Shown here: positions 24,822 to 37,517 of the stretch, one piece after another
Numbering within the stretch: the stretch's first letter is position 1
How the letters are laid out: each line of letters opens with the position of its first letter
Source of the DNA: Dendrobates tinctorius
Taxonomy: Eukaryota
Length of the DNA: 64,000 bases
Direction of reading: 5' to 3'
Assembly (NCBI RefSeq): GCF_039654945.1
Contig: NW_027361792.1
Span: 2,232,001 to 2,296,000, forward strand
Position numbers and translations under genes: made by a program
Notes under the pieces: generated by a model
Databases searched by the model: none
What the model was told of the DNA's origin: nothing
The model's input: the letters and a program-made list of their open reading frames with translations, nothing else

Positions 24822-27141
24822 GTGTGACGGATGGAGGAGGCCGGTGTGACGGATGGAGGAGGCCGGTGTGACGGATGGAGGAGGCCGGTGTGACGGATGG
24901 AGGAGGCCGGTGTGACGGACGGAGGAGGCCGGTGTGACGGACGGAGGAGGCCGGTGTGACGGACGGATGGAGGAGGCCGGTGTGACGGATGGAGGAGGCC
25001 GGTGTGACGGACGGTTGGAGGAGGCCGGTGTGACGGACGGTTGGAGGAGGCCGGTGTGACGGACGGTTGGAGGAGGCCGGTGTGACGGACGGTTGGAGGA
25101 GGCCGGTGTGACGGACGGTTGGAGGAGGCCGGTGTGACGGACGGTTGGAGGAGGCCGGTGTGACGGACGGTTGGAGGAGGCCGGTGTGACGGACGGTTGG
25201 AGGAGGCCGGTGTGACGGACGGTTGGAGGAGGCCGGTGTGACGGACGGTTGGAGGAGGCCGGTGTGACGGACGGTTGGAGGAGGCCGGTGTGACGGACGG
25301 TTGGAGGAGGCCGGTGTGACGGACGGACGGATGGAGGCCGGTGTGACGGACGGACGGATGGAGGCCGGTGTGACGGACGGACGGATGGAGGCCGGTGTGA
25401 CGGACGGACGGATGGAGGCCGGTGTGACGGACGGACGGATGGAGGCCGGTGTGACGGACGGACGGATGGAGGCCGGTGTGACGGACGGACGGATGGAGGC
25501 CGGTGTGACGGACGGACGGATGGAGGCCGGTGTGACGGACGGACGGACGGATGGAGGCCGGTGTGACGGACGGACGGATGGAGGCCGGTGTGACGGACGG
25601 ACGGACGGATGGAGGCCGGTGTGACGGACGGACGGATGGAGGCCGGTGTGACGGACGGACGGATGGAGGCCGGTGTGACGGACGGACGGATGGAGGCCGG
25701 TGTGACGGACGGACGGATGGAGGCCGGTGTGACGGACGGACGGATGGAGGCCGGTGTGACGGACGGACGGATGGAGGCCGGTGTGACGGACGGACGGATG
25801 GAGGCCGGTGTGACGGACGGACGGATGGAGGCCGGTGTGACGGACGGACGGATGGAGGCCGGTGTGACGGACGGACGGATGGAGGCCGGTGTGACGGACG
25901 GACGGATGGAGGCCGGTGTGACGGACGGACGGATGGAGGCCGGTGTGACGGACGGACGGATGGAGGCCGGTGTGACGGACGGACGGATGGAGGCCGGTGT
26001 GACGGACGGACGGATGGAGGCCGGTGTGACGGACGGACGGATGGAGGCCGGTGTGACGGACGGACGGATGGAGGCCGGTGTGACGGACGGACGGATGGAG
26101 GCCGGTGTGACGGACGGACGGATGGAGGCCGGTGTGACGGACGGACGGATGGAGGCCGGTGTGACGGACGGACGGATGGAGGCCGGTGTGACGGACGGAC
26201 GGATGGAGGCCGGTGTGACGGACGGACGGAAGGAGGCCGGTGTGACGGACGGACGGATGGAGGCCGGTGTGACGGACGGACGGATGGAGGCCGGTGTGAC
26301 GGACGGACGGCTGGAGGAGGCCGGTGTGACGGACGGACGGCTGGAGGAGGCCGGTGTGACGGACGGACGGCTGGAGGAGGCCGGTGTGACGGACGGACGG
26401 CTGGAGGAGGCCGGTGTGACGGACGGACGGCTGGAGGAGGCCGGTGTGACGGACGGACGGCTGGAGGAGGCCGGTGTGACGGACGGCTGGAGGAGGCCGG
26501 TGTGACGGACGGCTGGAGGAGGCCGGTGTGACGGACGGCTGGAGGAGGCCGGTGTGACGGACGGCTGGAGGAGGCCGGTGTGACGGACGGCTGGAGGAGG
26601 CCGGTGTGACGGACGGCTGGAGGAGGCCGGTGTGACGGACGGACGGTTGGAGGCCGGTGTGACGGACGGCTGGAGGAGGCCGGTGTGACGGACGGCTGGA
26701 GGAGGCCGGTGTGACGGACGGCTGGAGGAGGCCGGTGTGACGGACGGCTGGAGGAGGCCGGTGTGACGGACGGCTGGAGGAGGCCGGTGTGACGGACGGC
26801 TGGAGGAGGCCGGTGTGACGGACGGCTGGAGGAGGCCGGTGTGACGGACGGCTGGACGGATGGAGGCCGGTGTGACGGACGGACGGTTGGAGGAGGCCGG
26901 TGTGACGGACGGCTGGACGGATGGAGGCCGGTGTGACGGACGGACGGTTGGAGGAGGCCGGTGTGACGGACGGACGGTTGGAGGAGGCCGGTGTGACGGA
27001 CGGACGGTTGGAGGAGGCCGGTGTGACGGACGGACGGATGGAGGCCGGTGTGACGGACGGACGGATGGAGGCCGGTGTGACGGACGGACGGATGGAGGCC
27101 GGTGTGACGGACGGACGGATGGAGGCCGGTGTGACGGACGG
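24822..27141. repeat. Compound CpG-rich minisatellite, 22/26/27/30-bp variants, ~85-90 copies
   Basis: Core GGCCGGTGTGACGG plus variable numbers of ACGG and GGA subunits, arranged in homogeneous blocks. Confidence 0.97.
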
Positions 27142-27823
27142 AGGACGCCTCTGCCCCATGTGCTCATTGTTATGGTAGTGAGCTGGCTGTATGGAGTCAC
27201 ATCTGCACACTCTCGTACCTGAGGGTGTGGACGCTATAGTCCACACCCATGTCACTACTTCGCTTTTATTGGATTTCTTTGGAAATTAATCCTCTAGAAT
27301 AGATAGTGGTTGTGATGTCCCAGTACTGCCAACAGCTGAGAATTTGCTACCATTGAATCCATTGTAGTTATAGTCTGTGAGTAGAAAACATTAACACCTG
27401 AATTTGTCTACAATGCTTCCTAATTTCCCACAATGTCAGTAACTTCAGGCTAGTCAGCATTAGAGAGATGGCTAGGTTGCAGACAATCACACAGACAGAA
27501 ATAAGGGATTCCTGCGCCCCGTCTATCTAGTACATGTTCGTTAGCGGCAGCATGGAGCACATTATATAGCAGTGCTGAGCAGTGTAGCTGTGAATCCATC
27601 TCTCGTGTGAGTTAAAACACTTACTAGAAAGCTGCAGCATGGATCTTTTATGTGTCTGTGTCTCTTACTCCGCTCCTCCCCTCTCCATAGACTTCAGTAA
27701 ATTGCTGTCATCCGTTTCCTTAGTGAGAAATTTTGTCCTGTGCAGCACAGAGTTAATGGTGAGTGCGGGTGGGAGAGAAGTGGGTCTGAAGTGGAGAAAA
27801 GTTCATTTCTCCAATAAGATATA

Positions 27824-28131
27824 CTAGTTTGGCCCGTGCAAAATTTTCACACATTGGTCGTCAGGGGCGCAGGAAATTTCAGCAAAAGCAAGCTGGTCAA
27901 ATTAAGTAGAGGCCAAAAAATGTCTTCCGGTTGAGGCGCCACCTGCAGGTCACTGTCTTTCTGCAGGTTTATGAAAATGAATGTTTACACTGTATTTAGT
28001 GATAAAATCGTGGATGTGTGGTTTGTTTGGCTGTTTTCTTGCTGAAGGGGGAAAGTTTACCTTTCAAATGGTGTATCGTGTGTGTGTGTGAAGTATGAGC
28101 GGGGATACGTGTTTAGAAATAATAGAATAGA
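27824..28131 (-). mobile_element. Short non-autonomous Helitron inserted in a T2-like element
   Basis: Minus strand begins A|TCTATTCT and ends in a weak hairpin plus CTAG|T. No TSD. Confidence 0.6.
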
Positions 28132-28469
28132 TACATTTTATAGTTCCGTCTATTCACTTCACCTGACAGTGAGTGGTCTCTAACTTGTGGCGCTCATGTA
28201 ATGAAACTACAACTCCCAGCATTCTTTCAGGGCAGCCGGAGAGCCACAGGTTAGAGACCATTGCCATACAACACGACAATGCTCTTCACCTGCAACCCTG
28301 CTGAAAGCATCGCCGTGCAGCCGCATGACAGCTCAGCCATTGTTTAGGGACTTCTTATCCATTGTTTCTTGGGTGCTTATTCTCATACTAGATGGAGGCC
28401 GGATGCTATCGCATCGGGAGGGCGGTGATGTCACGATGGGGGAGGCTTTGCAGCGTTGAGAATCTCTCC

Positions 28470-28962
28470 CCCTATGTGCTCACCCACCTATCCACTCTCT
28501 TACCCATGTGATGACTTCTCCCATCTGCGCTCTCTTCTTTGACCTGTCTACCCCATGTGCTATGCCCCTTGTCTGTGGTCTCTCTCCCTCCTGTGCTGTG
28601 TTCTCCCCTCATGTGCTGTCCCGTTTGAGCTGTCTCCCCCTCCCCCCCCCCGTGTGCTGTCTCTCTCACCCCTGTCTGTCTGTGTACAGAACATACCACA
28701 GCTCCTGGGCAGGGGAGGAAGCAAAAGACAATACTGACATTGCAGCAGGAGATCGCAGAGGATACATTTTGCGAGGTAAAATATTGTTTAAAAACAGTCA
28801 GTGAAATATTTTACCTCACAAAATGAATCCCTTGTGATCCCGTGCTGTAATGTCAGTCTTGTCTTTTGCTTCCTCCCCTGCCCAGGAGTTGTGGTATGCT
28901 CCGTACACGGTCAGACACAGACCATTTTTAATATGGACTTTCGTTCGTGGGAAAACCCCTTT
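28470..28962. mobile_element. T2/Kolobok-like MITE with ~115-bp-arm hairpin (28676-28920)
   Basis: Long internal inverted repeat and AAAACCCCTTTA terminus. Confidence 0.6.
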
Positions 28963-28963
28963 A

Positions 28964-29456
28964 GGCTATGGGCCCACGTAGCTTTTTTAAACGCACACTA
29001 AAAACCGGTCTCCTTCCCAGAAATCGCGCGTTTTTTTCCATGCAATTTCACCGCGATTCTGATCGCGATTTTGCCGCGATTTTCTCAAGCACTTTCCAAG
29101 CGACTTGAAGCATCGCTTGGAAAGTGATTGACAGGTTGGTCACACTCGTCAAACATAGTGTTTGACAAGTGTGACCAGGTTTTTACTATTGAGGCTGCCT
29201 ATGCGGCATCAATAGTAAAAGATAGAATGTTAAAAATGATAAAAAATCGGGGTATATTTACCTTCCGGCGTCCCACGCTGCATTCCCGGGCTACAGCGTG
29301 CCTTGCGAGACCTGTGATGACGTTGGTCTCGTGTTACTATAGCGATCTCACGAGACCACGTCATCACAGGACCTTGCCACAAGGCATTACTGGGAACGCT
29401 GAGGCCGGGAATGCAGCGCGGGATGTCAGAAGGTAAATATACCCCGATTTTATTTT

Positions 29457-29490
<34 letters not shown>

Positions 29491-29851
29491 GGGGTATGGT
29501 ACCCAGGGCCTGGAGGACAGTTTCCTCTCCTTCACACCCGTGGGTACCATCCGCACATGAGACGCTTAACTTCCCGCATGGTGGGCATAGCCACATGCGG
29601 GAAGTAAGCGATTCTCATGCATTCCTATGGGTGCAGAATCGCGGCAATTCTTTGCGATTCCGCACAAAAAAATGAGCATGCTGCGATTTTTTTTTTTTTT
29701 CTGCGATGCGATTCCGCCGCGGAAAATAGCACAGCATGTGCGGAATGCCATAGGAATGCATGGGGGGCGTTCTGTACACTATTTTTAAACGTTTTTGCAG
29801 CGTTTTCGTTTAATCAAAAACGCTTAAAAATCGCATCGTGGGCACACAGCC
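28964..29851. mobile_element. Harbinger-type non-autonomous element
   Basis: TIR GGCTATGGGCCCACG / CGTGGGCACACAGCC, TTA TSD both sides. Internal modules shared, in opposite orientation, with 37518-38467. Confidence 0.85.
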
Positions 29852-30109
29852 TTAATGTGACCGGCTTCCTCTGGTACCGCCGGGATCAGCCGAATGATTG
29901 CGTGGAATTTGTGCAGACAGATAGCGGCGGTCACACTAAAACTGTGCATGCACTCCTCCTGTACAAAGATGGCGGCGGTCAGTGAATCATTTGGCTGATC
30001 CTGGCGGCGGCGTGTTCGCAACGGTGTTCCGCTGGTGGTACGCGCAAGAGGCTGAATACGGCGTATACAGTGTTTGTGTGTGGTGCGAAGGTGTTCCGCT
30101 GGTGAGGCT

Positions 30110-30300
30110 GCGTACGGCCTATGCAGTGTGGGAATGGGGCGTACGGCCTATGCAGTGTGGGAATGGGGAGTACGGCCTATGCAGTGTGGGAATGGGGCGT
30201 ACGGCCTTATACAGTGTGCGAATGGGGCGTACGACGTATACAGTGTGTGAGTGGGGCGTGTACAGTGTGCGAGTGGGGCGTACGGCGTGTACAGTGTGTG
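30110..30300. repeat. Short degenerate ~29-bp tandem repeat
   Basis: GTACGGCCTATGCAGTGTGGGAATGGGGC about 6 times. Confidence 0.8.
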
Positions 30301-30939
30301 TGTGGTGCGACGGTGTTCCGCAGGTGTTACTGCAGAGGCTGGTACCAGCAGCAGTTTCCATCTTGAGATGCCCATCACTTGGGTGTCCCAATATGGCAGT
30401 CGGTGAACTTCCTCCGCTTGGAATTCTGGGATACGGTGACATCTGGACAGAACAGGATGTGAAGACATTACCAGGCAATTCTATAGATGCGGCGCTGCTT
30501 CTATAAGCTGTAACTTGACACACTGCCATAATATGACATCACGTCTTGTCGGGTCCCACCACCCGCACAGGCCCATATAGAGGCACAGAAATGATAAGAA
30601 TTGGGACCCCCATATTAGGCCCAGCTATGGTCGAGCAGTCTCCACCCTTAAAAAAGTGTCCAGTCTCTTGAAGGATCCGATCTGATTCTAATTCTAGGCA
30701 TCAGCAAAAAAAAAAAAAAAGGTCTGAAATTCTATAATACTGTAATTAAAAGGACAGGAATCAATTTGACGGATCAGAGAAAATGGCTGGATATCAGCGA
30801 AAAACACTCATGGCAGATCTGTGCCTTCTCCACAACTCCCTCCATATATACAGTGGAGCGCTACCCACCCGGCATCACACAGCACGATCCTGTGCCAATG
30901 ACACAGCAGCTAAGGCTTGTATGATGGCGTGATTCAGGA

Positions 30940-33632
30940 GCTGAGGTGTGTGTGTGGTATGGTTCTGCAGCGGCTGAGGTGTGTGTGTGGTATGGTTCTG
31001 CAGCGGCTGAGGTGTGTATTTTGAGGTTCTGCAGCGGCTGAGGTGTGTATTTCAACGTTCTGCAGCGGCTGAGGTGTGTATTTCGACGTTCTGCAGCGGC
31101 TGACGTGTGTATTTCAAGGTTCTGCAGCGGCTGAGGTGTGTATTTCGAGGTTCTTCAGCGGCTGAGGTGTGTATTTCGACGTTCTGCAGCGGCTGAGGTG
31201 TGTATTTCGACGTTCTGCAGCGGCTGAGGTGTGTATTTCGACGTTCTGCAGCGGCTGACGTGTGTATTTCAAGGTTCTGCAGCGGCTGAGGTGTGTATTT
31301 CGAAGTTCTGCAGCGGCTGAGGTGTGTATTTCGACGTTCTGCAGCGGCTGACGTGTGTATTTCAAGGTTCTGCAGCGGCTGAGGTGTGTATTTCGAGGTT
31401 CTGCAGCGGCTGAGGTGTGTATTTCGACGTTCTGCAGCGGCTGACGTGTGTATTTCAAGGTTCTGCAGCGGCTGAGGTGTGTATTTCGAGGTTCTGCAGC
31501 GGCTGAGGTGTGTATTTCGACGTTCTGCAGCGGCTGACGTGTGTATTTCAAGGTTCTGCAGCGGCTGAGGTGTGTATTTCGACGTTCTGCAGCGGCTGAC
31601 GTGTGTATTTCAAGGTTCTGCAGCGGCTGAGGTGTGTATTTCGAAGTTCTGCAGCGGCTGAGGTGTGTATTTCGACGTTCTGCAGCGGCTGACGTGTGTA
31701 TTTCAAGGTTCTGCAGCGGCTGAGGTGTGTATTTCGAGGTTCTGCAGCGGCTGAGGTGTGTATTTCGACGTTCTGCAGCGGCTGACGTGTGTATTTCAAG
31801 GTTCTGCAGCGGCTGAGGTGTGTATTTCGACGTTCTGCAGCGGCTGACGTGTGTATTTCAAGGTTCTGCAGCGGCTGAGGTGTGTATTTCGAAGTTCTGC
31901 AGCGGCTGAGGTGTGTATTTCGACGTTCTGCAGCGGCTGACGTGTGTATTTCAAGGTTCTGCAGCGGCTGAGGTGTGTATTTCGACGTTCTGCAGCGGCT
32001 GAGGTGTGTATTTCGACGTTCTGCAGCGGCTGACGTGTGTATTTCAAGGTTCTGCAGCGGCTGAGGTGTGTATTTCGAGGTTCTTCAGCGGCTGAGGTGT
32101 GTATTTCGACGTTCTTCAGCGGCTGAGGTGTGTATTTCGACGTTCTGCAGCGGCTGAGGTGTGTATTTCGACGTTCTGCAGCGGCTGACGTGTGTATTTC
32201 AAGGTTCTGCAGCGGCTGAGGTGTGTATTTCGAGGTTCTTCAGCGGCTGAGGTGTGTATTTCGACGTTCTGCAGCGGCTGAGGTGTGTATTTCGACGTTC
32301 TGCAGCAGCTGAGGTGTGTATTTCGACGTTCTGCAGCAGCTGAGGTGTGTGTTTCGTCGTCCTGCAGCGGCTGAGGTGTGTGTTTCGTCGTCCTGCAGCG
32401 GCTGAGGTGTGTGTTTCGTCGTCCTGCAGCGGCTGAGGTGTGTGTTTCGTCGTCCTGCAGCGGCTGAGGTGTGTGTTTCGACGTCCTGCAGCGGCTGAGG
32501 TGTGTATTTCGACGTCCTGCAGCGGCTGAGGTGTGTGTTTCGACGTCCTGCAGCGGCTGAGGTGTGTGTTTCGTCGTCCTGCAGCGGCTGAGGTGTGTGT
32601 CTCGTCGTTCTGCAGCGGCTGAGGTGTGTGTTTCGACGTTCTGCAGCGGCTGAGGTGTGTATTTCGACGTTCTGCAGCGGCTGAGGTGTGTATTTCGACG
32701 TTCTGCAGCGGCTGAGGTGTGTATTTCGACGTTCTGCAGCGGCTGAGGTGTGTATTTCGACGTCCTGCAGCGGCTGAGGTGTGTATTTCGACGTCCTGCA
32801 GCGGCTGAGGTGTGTGTTTCGTCGTCCTGCAGCGGCTGAGGTGTGTGTCTCGTCGTTCTGCAGCGGCTGAGGTGTGTATTTCGACGTTCTGCAGCGGCTG
32901 AGGTGTGTATTTCGACGTTCTGCAGCGGCTGAGGTGTGTATTTCGACGTTCTGCAGCGGCTGAGGTGTGTATTTCGACGTTCTGCAGCGGCTGAGGTGTG
33001 TATTTCGACGTTCTGCAGCGGCTGAGGTGTGTATTTCGACGTTCTGCAGCGGCTGAGGTGTGTATTTCGTCGTTCTGCAGCGGCTGAGGTGTGTGTCTCG
33101 TCGTTCTGCAGCGGCTGAGGTGTGTATTTCGACGTTCTGCAGCGGTTGAGGTGTGTATTTCGAGGTTCTGCAGCGGCTGAGGTGTGTGTATTTCGAGGTT
33201 CTGCAGCGGCTGAGGTGTGTGTCTCGTCATTCTGCAGCGGCTGAGGTGTGTATTTTGAAGTTCTGTAGTGGCTGAGGTGTGTGTTTCGACGTTCTGCAGC
33301 GGCTGAGGTGTGTGTTTCGACGTTCTGCAGCGGCTGAGGTGTGTGTTTCGACGTTCTGCAGCGGCTGAGGTGTGTATTTCGACGTTCTGCAGCGGCTGAG
33401 GTGTGTGTATTTCGACGTTCTGCAGCGGCTGAGGTGTGTGTCTCGTCATTCTGCAGCGGCTGAGGTGTGTATTTCGACGTTCTGCAGCGGCTGAGGTGTG
33501 TATTTTGAAGTTCTGTAGTGGCTGAGGTGTGTATTTCGACGTCCTGCAGGGGCTGAGGTGTGTATTTCGAGGTTCTGCAGCGGCTGAGGTGTGTATTTCG
33601 AGGTTCTGCAGCGGCTGAGGTGTGTATTTCGA
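30940..33632. repeat. Minisatellite, 31-bp unit, ~87 copies
   Basis: Unit TTCTGCAGCGGCTGAGGTGTGTATTTCGACG with ordered variants. Confidence 0.97.
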
Positions 33633-34662
33633 AAGTACATACCACCGCATCTGCTGAAGAACCTCTTCTTAAAAGCAGAATGGGCACTGTCTGCCAGCCA
33701 ATCAGTGTTTGGCGTAGGATAAGTAACTCCTGAGATGAGCGGCAGCGCCTCTGCAGGAAGAGATAAGCCGCCCCGGTAGAATGCTGTTCCTCTCTGACCT
33801 CAGAAGGTGACGTTTATACACGTCTTCTGTGCAGACCTCAGTAGAACCTCTCCATGGATGAGCCTCAGAGTGGAGCCGTCGTCGGATCACCATGTCCTGG
33901 GCGCTGTGCTTCTCGGAGACAGTGTTACTCATGAGAGAGACTCATCAGCTTGTTATCCGCTAGGCGCCTCTGGAAATAATTTTGCAGGGTTTCCATATTT
34001 GCACAACCCCAGCTGAAATGATTGAACTTTTGATTAAGAGGAGATTTTCCAGGGTCTATTCTGAGCAAACATAATACCATGTGTCCTATTCTGCAACTGC
34101 TGAATGCTCTACTAAAGGCCGATCTATAGCTTCAGATAGCGGGAGATCGACGCGGTCCCTCGGGGTGACTGAGTACTGGACACACGAGGAGATACTTTAC
34201 TTAATTCATGCATCCTCCTGATTTCGAGGATTATTGGAGTTTCCCCTTTTCCACAGATAACTGTTGTATCACAGGGGGTCAGACTATTGGACCCCCCCAT
34301 CAAATTTAAGAATGGGGTTCTGTTGATCCCCTCGTTGAATTGAACAGAGGCGCAAATGATCAACTTTCGCTCCATTCATTCTCTGAGACTTGTGTAAAAA
34401 TACCTGAGCACTGATCCAGCGTGGGCAGCACCACTCCTGTTCTCATAGTCTGGGGGCCCAGTTTTCAGGATTGCAGGAGGGGGTGGGGGGGCATAAATTG
34501 GATCCCCAGTGAGTAGTACGTAATCTGCAATCCTATGGATAGGGGATAACTTTCAATTATGTGAATCGCCCTTTTAAATGGATTGTCCAGGTTTGTTTAA
34601 ATAAAGCTTAGAGGTGTTGTCTGCAACTTAAAAAAAAAAAAAACTTTACGTCTCATCGCTAA

Positions 34663-34984
34663 GGCCTCATTCACACACCTGATTTTCGCCTACGAGGGCT
34701 GTCTGCGATTTTCACGGATAACACCTGTGATAGTGTATGGCTGTGATTTTTCAGTCCCCAGGGACCTGTCCGGATTTGATCTAAGCGTCAGATCAAAAGC
34801 GGCAGTGCAAGTCAATGGGTCCATGGAAATGTCGGAGTGCTGTCCGAGTTTCACGGACTGTCATACTGGAGAGAGGAGGAGAAATTTTTTGTTTTCTTTT
34901 CTCCACGTACGAGAAAATGAGATGACGCTTGTACCACATTCTGATCCAAGTCTTTCGGTTTCAATCGGACGTGTAAACGAGGCC
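34663..34984. mobile_element. Harbinger-type MITE
   Basis: GGCCTCATTCACAC / GTGTAAACGAGGCC TIRs, TAA TSD both sides. Confidence 0.8.
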
Positions 34985-36818
34985 TAAGTCAGCTGTAGAA
35001 GGTGCCTTTCCCCAATCCTATGAATCGGACCCTTTGTAATACCTCCTCCGCCCCTGCAGGCGCGCTGCAGGCAATGTAAAAACTTGCAATCAGGTTCCTC
35101 CTCGGAATACCGGAACTCCTAATTTTTTTTTCCACAATTGTTCGCTTTTCAAGACCTATACAGCAAGTAAAGGTCTTGAAATAGTGAAAAAAAAAAAATA
35201 GTATATAAAAAAAAAGTTTATAATTATTTACACAAATGCAGAACCCCCCCCTCTATCGCATCTGCAGTTCTTTAGATAGGCTGTTCGTTTTTGTACACAT
35301 GCATTTAACCCCCTTGCGGGGTTGGGATCTGTCCACAGCAAATCTGTCTGATCTGCGATGTAGCCACATTCTACGATCTCCATGAGATAGCAGTGGCCTA
35401 ATATCAATGTGATTTGGGAGTTTCTTTGCAAGCAGAAGCGTGCTGATGATACAGATGTAGAGCTGGGGGGGTTTCAACCCCCATGAGCTTCCTGTGTGCT
35501 GTAGAAGCTGCCAAGGGCCAATTAACAACCTGTGTCTGCAGGTCCATAGACAGAATCAGCCGCAGGTTAAATATTGGAACGCTCCCATGTGTAAGGGTAG
35601 CAATAAATAGCATTTCTCTAACATTAGCAGACCTGTCACTAGTCCTCTGCTGCACCCTGTTATTAGGTCGTTTGCTGTATCGGATGCACTTTTACACATT
35701 ATGCCTTACATGGAAAGCGAGAAAGGTGTTTATTAATCAGCGTTCTTATAGGAGATACTAATACGTATATATTTGTGCACTACACAACCCAGGGACACCC
35801 AAATAGGAAGCTGTTTTTGGGAAGGGGATGAGCTCACAAGGGTCCAGTTCTTCTGATCTATTGATTTTTGTACCTGTTCATACTGATTTTTTATAAAAGC
35901 ATGCTGAGTATTGTTATGGTCCAGCAGCAGTATTGCCTCCACGTAATGTACACATACATATAGGGATGCCAAATGGGAATCCTATACGCACCCTTATAAT
36001 GCGCCATTGCGCAGCCACCAGCATCACACGACTGCACCCGCAGATCCCATGGTGAGGATCCCCACTACTGACATCGGGATCGACAAAACTTCTAAATGTG
36101 GTTTAGCAGCAATTAATTGATTTTCTAATCTATGAAAATGGATACCGCAGGCACCGTCCGCAAGGTTTTGGGATTTTCTTGTGCACCCTTTGACTCTAAT
36201 GGGTTGAGTCCTGCTGACGGTTCAGACTTGATCATTGCGTGTCGCGATTTTTCTTCGCGGACTGTGTATCCCTATGGTAGACTGTCCTACTTATTAACGT
36301 GCGGTTCGGTAGCAGTAAATGGACCAAATTAATTTATCGACTCTCTAAAAGATTGCATTTTGCAAAAGCATCATCCAACCGCGATGCAACAAGTGCACAA
36401 AACTGCACAGGGATGCAAGACATCCGCAACTTCCCGACATGACTGGCTCCAGAATTCAGACCTCTGCGTTGGTTGGGATTTACAGTTCTCATTCATTAAA
36501 GTTTCGTCCGCTGGGCAAGTTTTTAATCCCTTTTTTTTTTGCATATATATTTGCAAACATCAATACCCTGTGAAGGTTTTACTATCGATTTGATTCTCAC
36601 TGCAGTTGGTTAAGGAAACATGCACATTTGTAGAAAATAATGCACCTACAACTTTGTATCCTGACTCTTAGCTTTCATGATCAAGTTTGGGTCAAGTGCT
36701 TGGTTTGTTAACAGCAGGGGGGGGGTTCTGTTGTGCGTAAATGTCAAAATTTCTTTAGCCACTTATTCCACAAGAGGGAGCTATCCGTATTCACTTTGTA
36801 TACAGTCCCACCAATATA

Positions 36819-37390
36819 CATGGTGGGCCATTTATATGGAAACACCTAAATAAAATGGGAATGGTTGGTGACCCAGAATGGGCAAAACAAAAATTGGAAC
36901 AGGACCCTCAGTTTACACAGAACATTATGTTCAGTGATGAGCCAGACTTTTTGGGGTGGGCCATTTATATGGATACACCTGAATAAAATGGGAATGGTGA
37001 CAGTTTTCTTGCGTAGGGGGTCTTGCATTGAAATCTGCTGCAGTGACCCCGGGTACTGCCTCCACCAGACATCAACACAATTTATATCCGCTTTTCACTT
37101 GTTAACCTCTGTGACATATCAATGGCTGTAAATAACTCATGAAAGAATAGAGTTACTCAAAAACCAAGCACACCATTGTTTTTCTTGTGAAATTCTCAAT
37201 AAGTTTGATGTGTCACATGACCCTCTTCCCATTGGAAAAAATAAAGTTGGATTCAAAATGGCCGCCATGGTCACCACCCATCGTGAAAAGTTTCCCCCCC
37301 TCCCATACGCTAATGTGCCACAAACAGGAAGGTGATATCACCAACCATTCCCATTTTATTTGGGTGTATCCATAGAAATGGCCCACCCTG
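36819..37390 (+). mobile_element. Internally deleted Tc1/mariner-superfamily element
   Basis: ~50-bp TIR CA(T/G)GGTGGGCCATTT..ATGGAAACACC..AAATAAAATGGGAATGGTTGGTGA with TA on both sides. Transposase remnant LEQDPQFTQNIMFSDE at ~36895-36941. Extra left-TIR copy at ~36953-36995. Confidence 0.82.
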
Positions 37391-37517
37391 TAGATATCAT
37401 ATGGAGATTGCAAACTTTGCCACATGGATTATGCAGTATCAGGGATGGGAACTAGAAGAGCGGCTGTTTTTGCCTCCAAATCAAAACTTAGACCATGAAG
37501 TTCATTGGACATTTTTA

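Larger units (their letters stand above)
28388..30487 (-). mobile_element. Non-autonomous Helitron, family A (paired ends, with other elements between them)
   Basis: 5' end A|TCTATAGAATTGCC...GGACACCCAAGTGATG matches 45860-45970. 3' end CCCTCCCGATGCGATAGCATC...CTAG|T matches 46310-46354. Confidence 0.65.

Noticed and set aside
24603-27255. 821- and 865-aa ORFs
   Set aside because: Pure repeat translation, with frames shifting as unit length changes.
31114-33687. Repeated 83-523-aa ORFs
   Set aside because: 31-bp unit is not a multiple of 3; artefact.
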